From Thelocarpon superellum (Eukaryota): 38,544 bases of DNA. The notes under the pieces are model-generated. The model saw only the letters and a list, made by a program, of their open reading frames with translations, was not told where the DNA came from and searched no databases. Positions 32,869 through 38,544 of this stretch are shown piece after piece (within the stretch, counting starts at the first letter, position 1; each line of letters begins with the position of its first letter). The stretch is taken from contig JAPEUG010000134.1 in assembly GCA_026025795.1 (NCBI GenBank), positions 1 to 38,544 on the forward strand, read 5' to 3'. The position numbers and the translations under genes were made by a program.

Positions 32869-35800
32869 CTATAGATAGCGTTTCTGAGACTGCCTGGCAT
32901 AAGTAGGCTGATAGGACGGCAGAGAGAGATCCCATCCGCTCTCGTCGTGCGTGGGTGTTTCTCCCGTTGCACCCGCTCCCACTCCCGCTGATCCCGACCC
33001 TGATCGTCTTATTGTGGCGTTCCCTCCCGCGTCCTCGCGCTCGCGCTCGCGGTCCAAGCCGCCGCTGGCACTGCCGCTACCGCTGCGATGAGATAGGCCT
33101 GCGGGGCTGGTGCTCGTCGTCATGATGGAGCTGTGGGCAGGCGTGGACGTGGATGTTGCTGAAGTGCCGGCGGTGGAGGCCGAGGCCGAGGCAGAGGTGG
33201 AGGCGGGGGGAACAGCAGACGGCGGACTGAAGCTCGTCCTGGCCTGCGACATTGACTGCATCGAGCTGCTGAAGCCTTGTGCGGATCCTGGTGCTCCACT
33301 ACCACCGCTCCCACCACCACCACCGCCGCCGAAGCCCATGTCCAGATCCAAGTCCAGACTCGGCGAGCTCATCGTGAATGCGATGCCGGTGCTGGCTTCG
33401 TCCATGGCGTAACCTGCCGGCATGCCGCTAGACGAGGTTACACTGCCGCTGCTGGATGTGTCCGGGGGGAACAGCTTGTCCCATTCGTTCTGGAGGCCTT
33501 TCGTTAGCTTCTGCAATTCTGCTTTCCCGGCTGCAATGGATCTCGAGAGTGGAATCACGCACCCAGTCAATATCCGCCATCATGTCGTCCTGCATGTTCG
33601 TTTGCCCCTGGGGACTGGGTCCGCCCGCGACGATGCTGGGCGTGTTGGGGCCATAAAAGGGGACCATGTTGCCGGTAAAGGTAGACGGTAAAGGCATGGC
33701 TTCGGGCGTGATGGCGGACATGGAGGCCGTGTTGATGGACGACGGCGTCGTGATGCGCAGCAGATTCTCGTCCGGGTTGCCCAGCCATCGGTGTTCCTCG
33801 CCGCTGCTGGGTTTGTCCTCGGGCCTTTGCTGCTCGTGCAATACCGTCAGATTGGTCAGGCGCTGCTCCATGTCCGTTGGCGTCTTCATCTTGCGGATGG
33901 TGCGATAGGCAAACGATCGGTCTCGAACCCCCTCGAGAAGTGCTCGCGTCTTCTCTTCTCGTGGCTGGGCCGGATCAGCCTCGAAGACGTAGTCGCAGAC
34001 GGTCCAGATCCGATCCGCTTGCTTCATCTCGGGGTGGAGGGAGACAACGTTGAGCAGGAGGAAAGCGCTGTGGTATTGTTGGAGGGCTCCCAGGTACCAC
34101 GCCCACGGTGCCAGCGCCGGCTCCGTGTCCAGTTGGATGGCGCATTCCACCTGCCCCAGCGCGTTGTTCACCACCCTGACCTGGTCAGTCGAGCACAAGG
34201 GTGACTCTCCGTGGCGGGAAGGGCTTACAGTTCGCGAAATCGATCGGGAATCTTGTGCGGCGCGCTGAGAAGATATCGATGCAGCACCATTACGTATAGC
34301 CGGCTGATCATCAAGACGAGCACCACGCGAGCACATTTCTGGATGGGGATTCGCGGGTTCAAGATCTTGCCGACGCGCTCGTCCATCTTCTTGCGAAAGG
34401 CCTCGATCTTGGCCAAGGTGTGCGTGAGGCTAATCTTCTTCTTCTCCAGCCGCGGCCGATCCGTCCAGATGACGCGATGAATCTCCGTGCACTCGAAGCG
34501 AATGATGCTAAAGGTTGCGTCGGTCCATTTCTCAGAGTTCTGCTGAAGCTGCACGTCTGCGTCATCTAGGTTGTAGGGGATCTTGGTGTCATACTCGTCG
34601 CTGTGGATGATGGGCGCTGGGCCTTGCGCCTCGCATGTGCGTAGGTCGAGAAAGCTCACTTGGTGCCAGATCAAGCGACGCACATGGATCTCGACCGGCG
34701 ACAGTCCGTAGTTTTGTCCGTCTCGATGGAGGCCCATGCATTGCGCCACGCGGATCGCCGTCGCCACCAGGGCACTATGCGCTCGGGAAACTTCGTCTCG
34801 ACAGAGGGGAATCTGTCGCCCTTAGCTGGTTGTTTCGGGAAATTCCTGGGCCATAGATGAGCCTGGGTCCACTCACCAGATACATGACAAAGGCTTGCAA
34901 CGTCTCCATCTTGGTGCTCCGGAGAAAATTGGCCTTGGCCAGCGCCATCTCCGTGCCTTGGCGAAGCGTGTCCACCAGTGCCGGCTTTTCCACGCCAAAC
35001 TCATCCAGCACCGCCTGCTCCGTCACGCTGACGACGCCCGACAGCATGGCGGCAAAGACGAGGGCTTGCACGGAGAAGGCCGGTTCGACGGCGACCGACA
35101 CGTCTCCCCAGAAATTGGCATATTGCCGCTCGAAGGTGGGCCGATGCACGCAGCGACACATGGGATGGACGGAGATCATGTACTGCTCGATCAACCGATC
35201 TGCCGCCATCTTGGAGGGGAGGAAGGACATGAGCGAACTCTGGCCCGGCACGCCGCCAAAAAAGAGGGTGGGCGCGGGCGCGATGAAGCCGGGTCCCGGA
35301 CGCAGGTACTGTTCCATGGATTCGGGACGAAAGACGCCCCCCGACGGGGCATTGGCCTCGCCCGTCATGGCCCCGACCTCTTTGATGGCGTAATCGAGCT
35401 ATGCCGTCCGTCAGTCATGGCCCACCCTTCCGTACTTAGTGCGACCTACCTCCTCCGCGATCTTGGGACGGACGAACCCCCCGATGCGCTCGCCGACCCG
35501 CATCTTGCCGAAGCGGATGCCCAGGTCCAAGAAGTCGTCGTCGCCCTCGCCGTCAAAGACGGCGTCGCTGACGGCGAGCGGGGTTGGCTCGAGGTGCTGC
35601 TCGTCGGCGGGAATGTCCGCTCGATCGGCGTCGGAGTCGTCCTCTTCCTTGACCAGGCGATAGCCCCGACGGGCGACATCTTCCTCCAAGGACCGCTCCA
35701 AGAAGCCGACCTTGTCCTTGATCTCGGTCAATTTGTGTTGGCTGGCGGAGTCGAGGGCGGGGGCGAGGAAGACGCAGTCTCGTGCGGCCTTGGTGCAATT

Positions 35801-35995
35801 GGTGCATGGGTGGCTCTTGTCGCATTTCAGCTTGCGGCGGCGACATTCCAGACACGACGTGATCATGCGATTGCGACGTCGGATCTGTTGTGACCGCGAC
35901 CCCGCCATCGTCCCGCCGTGCGTGCTTGGGCTGATGCCTGCCAGCTCGGCGTCGTCCGCCAGCGAGGTGAACTCCATCGGCTTCTGCCGATCCAT
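32869..35995 (-). CDS. Zn(II)2Cys6 transcription factor with fungal-specific middle-homology domain, 5 exons
   Basis: RRRNRMITSCLECRRRKLKCDKSHPCTNCTKAARDCVF binuclear cluster. HPMCRCVHRPTF, ETLQAFVMYL, AIRVAQCMGLHRDG, RRLIWHQVSFLDLR and DTKIPYNLDD are middle-homology motifs. DIDW/NEWDKLFP lies near the C-terminus. Four GT-AG introns. Confidence 0.92.
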
Positions 35996-36190
35996 GGCGT
36001 CTACGGTCCACGGTCGTCGGGAAGAAGGTATTGGCCGGAAGAGAACAATATCAGTCGCATGGAGAGCGGGTGCGTCGACGGTCGATGGAGGGGTGTAGGA
36101 GTGCTCGGCGATGAATCACATTGTCGGATTGGCAAACGCTGCATGGGCCCCCCGGTCGCCCATCTAGCGAAAAGTGTGACGTAAAGTCCA

Positions 36191-36225
36191 TCCGCCATCC
36201 GCCGTCCGCCATCCGCCGCCCGCCA
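36191..36225. repeat. Heptamer tandem (YCCGCCR)5 upstream of the Zn2Cys6 gene
   Basis: tccgcca tccgccg tccgcca tccgccg cccgcca read directly. Confidence 0.8.
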
Positions 36226-36601
36226 TCCATCGTTCATCCGTGGCCTTTGTGGAGGAACTCGATGGCCTTGTCACAGAGCCAAGTCCATCATCGAACGTCG
36301 CAGCTCCGGCTTCCAGAGGTGGAAACTCTGCCTCAGGATCTCTGCTGTATCAGATCACTGCCTTGATGATTGAAAGCTACGAACGTAAGACTGACCTAGC
36401 GGGGGACTTGCAGTCGTGCGTCATGCCCTAGCTTTACCAGCATACGTGACAACATTCGGAATCTAGGACCTTCGAAGCTCTAGGTCAACATGATAGCTAG
36501 CAAATCCCGTACTTCCACGACCCAATCAATGAGGATCACAGCAATCGCAACCTGTCTCCTCGCACTCAAACGATGCCTAGTCCAAGACTCTTCTCCCTTG
36601 T

Positions 36602-37260
36602 TCAGGAGCTGTTCTCCCCCGTCCTTCGCAAGACCCAATAGCTTTGCGGATCAACACCTTCATCGGTCGCACAGGACTGATCGACCGGGTTGAAGCTAGA
36701 CGGCTCTGTTAGTCCCAATCAAGCCAGAGGCAGACGTGGAAGGATCGTGCGAAGGAGTTCGCCCTGCGACTTACCCCGTCTGCACTGTGCGAAGAGAAAC
36801 GGGTCCGGCTGTGCTATTGTAGCAATTGTATGTGGCCGTACAGTCTCCCACCGTGACATTGGAGCTCCAAGAGTGCTGGCCATCGTTGGCACTCATCTGC
36901 GAGAAGTCAGTGGTGCGGTCAAGGTGCTGGCCCCAGCTGGGGTCGATGCTGCTGAGGGTAGCGTTGATTGCAGCCGCACAGTGGAAACGGCGCGGTGGCC
37001 TTTAGGCCAATGCAAGATACGGCCAGACCAGGGGCATTCGTCGTCGAAACGTTGGTGTCGGTGAATTAATACGCCTCGTCAAGGAAGGGAAGCTTGGGAA
37101 GTCCGTCGTCTGTCTGGATATTGAAGTGGCCCGAAGGAGGGATGCTGCCTACAGGCGGGCGTTGATGATATTGAGCATTGTCATTACCCCGCTGAGGGCT
37201 GGGGATAGCCAAGGTGACAACACACAGGCCAAGAAACGTCGTGACCTGAACAGAATGCAT
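36602..37260 (-). pseudogene. Small secreted Cys-containing protein gene, probably disrupted (or spliced through a weak intron)
   Basis: Signal peptide MHSVQVTTFLGLCVVTLA-IP, then TAA at 37068-37066. A downstream frame HCAAAINATLSSIDPSW...VGDCTATYNCYNST...QTG joins through a canonical intron (GTAAGT 36774...ACTAAC...TAG 36696) to FNPVDQSCATDEG...NSS* (TGA 36604-36602). Confidence 0.5.
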
Positions 37261-37980
37261 GACGAGACGAGGGAATGCTGATAACGACGTGTGAGGAATT
37301 AAGCGGTGGACCGACGTAGCGAGTGGAATTTGGAAGCGTTCCACTGTCGAATCGACCCATCAAAGAGGGCAGGAGGCGGATGAGCGTGTCAGGCATCTCG
37401 AGATGCGGCGGCATTTGTACGCAGATCTGATCGTTCGATCTTCTTCCGTCCATCTGGACTGCCATCCGGGGTATCTCATCGATGCCGCAACATGAGTGGC
37501 TGGAATATGGCACGGCGAGCAAAGGCAGAGGTCTACGTCAATGCTCATTCAGGCGTCGTGCCCGGGACTCATCTAAAGCAGAGCAACGGAGATGACCCTG
37601 ATTCTCAGCGATCATGACATGCATCGGTCGAGGCAGTGTGCTAGCCACACGGTGCGTGGAAGTGGTTTGCCACCTTCAAACCTGGCTGCCTGCGGACTTA
37701 TGGCATTGACATCCAAACAAGCAAAGAGTTTCCAAACGTGAACTGGTCTAAGAAATGCAAGGGCATGGCTTGATGCGCGCTCTTGTTTTTGTGCATAGAG
37801 TGGATCCATTCCAGTACAATCTTCTGCGTTGTTGGGTCACGTGATGTTGGACGGGTAGGTATCAGAGCTGAATTGCCAACGTACGCGTAGTCTGGGATAG
37901 TAATAGGAGTGGGCACGTGATCAGATCACATGCGCGCTCCTACAGACGTGAAAATAATGTGTTTCCCTCTGCCTAGGATA

Positions 37981-38250
37981 GCCACGAGGCCCGGGAGCCG
38001 CGACGTTCGACGAAAGTCTTAGTTCGTCCTATACGAATACGAGAGCGCGCTAACTTCATCGTCGGACGTCGTGGCTGCCTAGCGGCCAGAGACATGTTCG
38101 GCTTGATCATTTCTTCTTTCCTTGGCCTACGAGGGCTCGGGGGGCAGGGGCCGCGACGTTCGACGATAGACTTCGCTCCTGCTACCTATCCTACACGAAT
38201 CCGAGAACAGGCTAACTCCGTCGTCCAACGTCGCGGCTCCTGCCCGGGCC
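37981..38250. repeat. Two tandem ~100-bp palindromic units (period ~145 bp) of a dispersed repeat family
   Basis: Unit 1 arms 37996-38013 and 38059-38076 (16 Watson-Crick + 2 G-T). Unit 2 arms 38142-38166 and 38221-38245 (23 Watson-Crick, 1 G-T, 1 mismatch). Both units share ACGAGG-GC, GCCGCGACGTTCGACGA, CCTAYACGAAT.CGAGA and GCTAACT. Confidence 0.85.
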
Positions 38251-38544
38251 CAGGGGAACAGAACATGCCTATAGTATATGGCCAAGAACCCCTGCTCTTC
38301 TTGAGTCCACATGATCCACCGATCGGCGCCCGTCACTCACCCGCCAGACGGTCGTCAAAGCGGATAGTCGGAGACGCGATATACACTGGATGGCCTGGGT
38401 GGTTGTATGTATAGAACAAAGCCGAATGCAAGAAGCGCTCAAGAAGCCGTCCATCGTCTCTCGTCTCGTGAAAAGCATTTGCACCGTCCCCATCATCCGG
38501 GCATTGCCATGATACCGGTCGAGCGAGCCATCCCCGCGGACCTC

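Noticed and set aside
37981..38250. CRISPR array or hammerhead ribozyme interpretation of the hairpin repeats
   Set aside because: Eukaryotic context, only two long diverged units with a conserved rather than unique spacer, no cas genes, and no CUGANGA/GAAA hammerhead core.
38094..38414. 106-aa ORF (and 24152-24490 minus, 112 aa) over the hairpin repeats
   Set aside because: Reading frames are not conserved between the repeat copies (stops and shifts), so the similarity is at DNA level only.

Overview
GC-rich, intron-containing genomic DNA from a filamentous ascomycete (Pezizomycotina; GT-AG introns of about 45-125 nt, mostly with CTRAC/CTRAY branch sites). I can support 12 protein-coding genes, in order: an NRT2-type nitrate transporter, an 11-intron LaeA/TAM-like SAM methyltransferase, ARP4, a GUP1-type MBOAT, a secreted Ala/Cys-rich repeat protein, a conserved hypothetical protein, proteasome beta-2 (PUP1), NUP159, a secreted CREG-like split-barrel protein, a Zn-dependent MDR dehydrogenase, an intronless Na/K-like (ACU-type) P-type ATPase and a Zn2Cys6 transcription factor. 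There is also a probably disrupted small secreted-protein gene. Two non-coding structures stand out. (1) An 812-bp AT-rich, CpG-free non-autonomous Tc1/mariner-pogo-like element with 43-bp TIRs and TA flanks (11806-12617). (2) A dispersed GC-rich palindromic repeat family of about 100-bp hairpin units in tandem, present at 37981-38250 and in inverted orientation at about 24176-24400. It shows apparent compensatory changes and is not CpG-depleted; it is the most novel-looking item. All calls come from reading the sequence by eye; no database searches were run.
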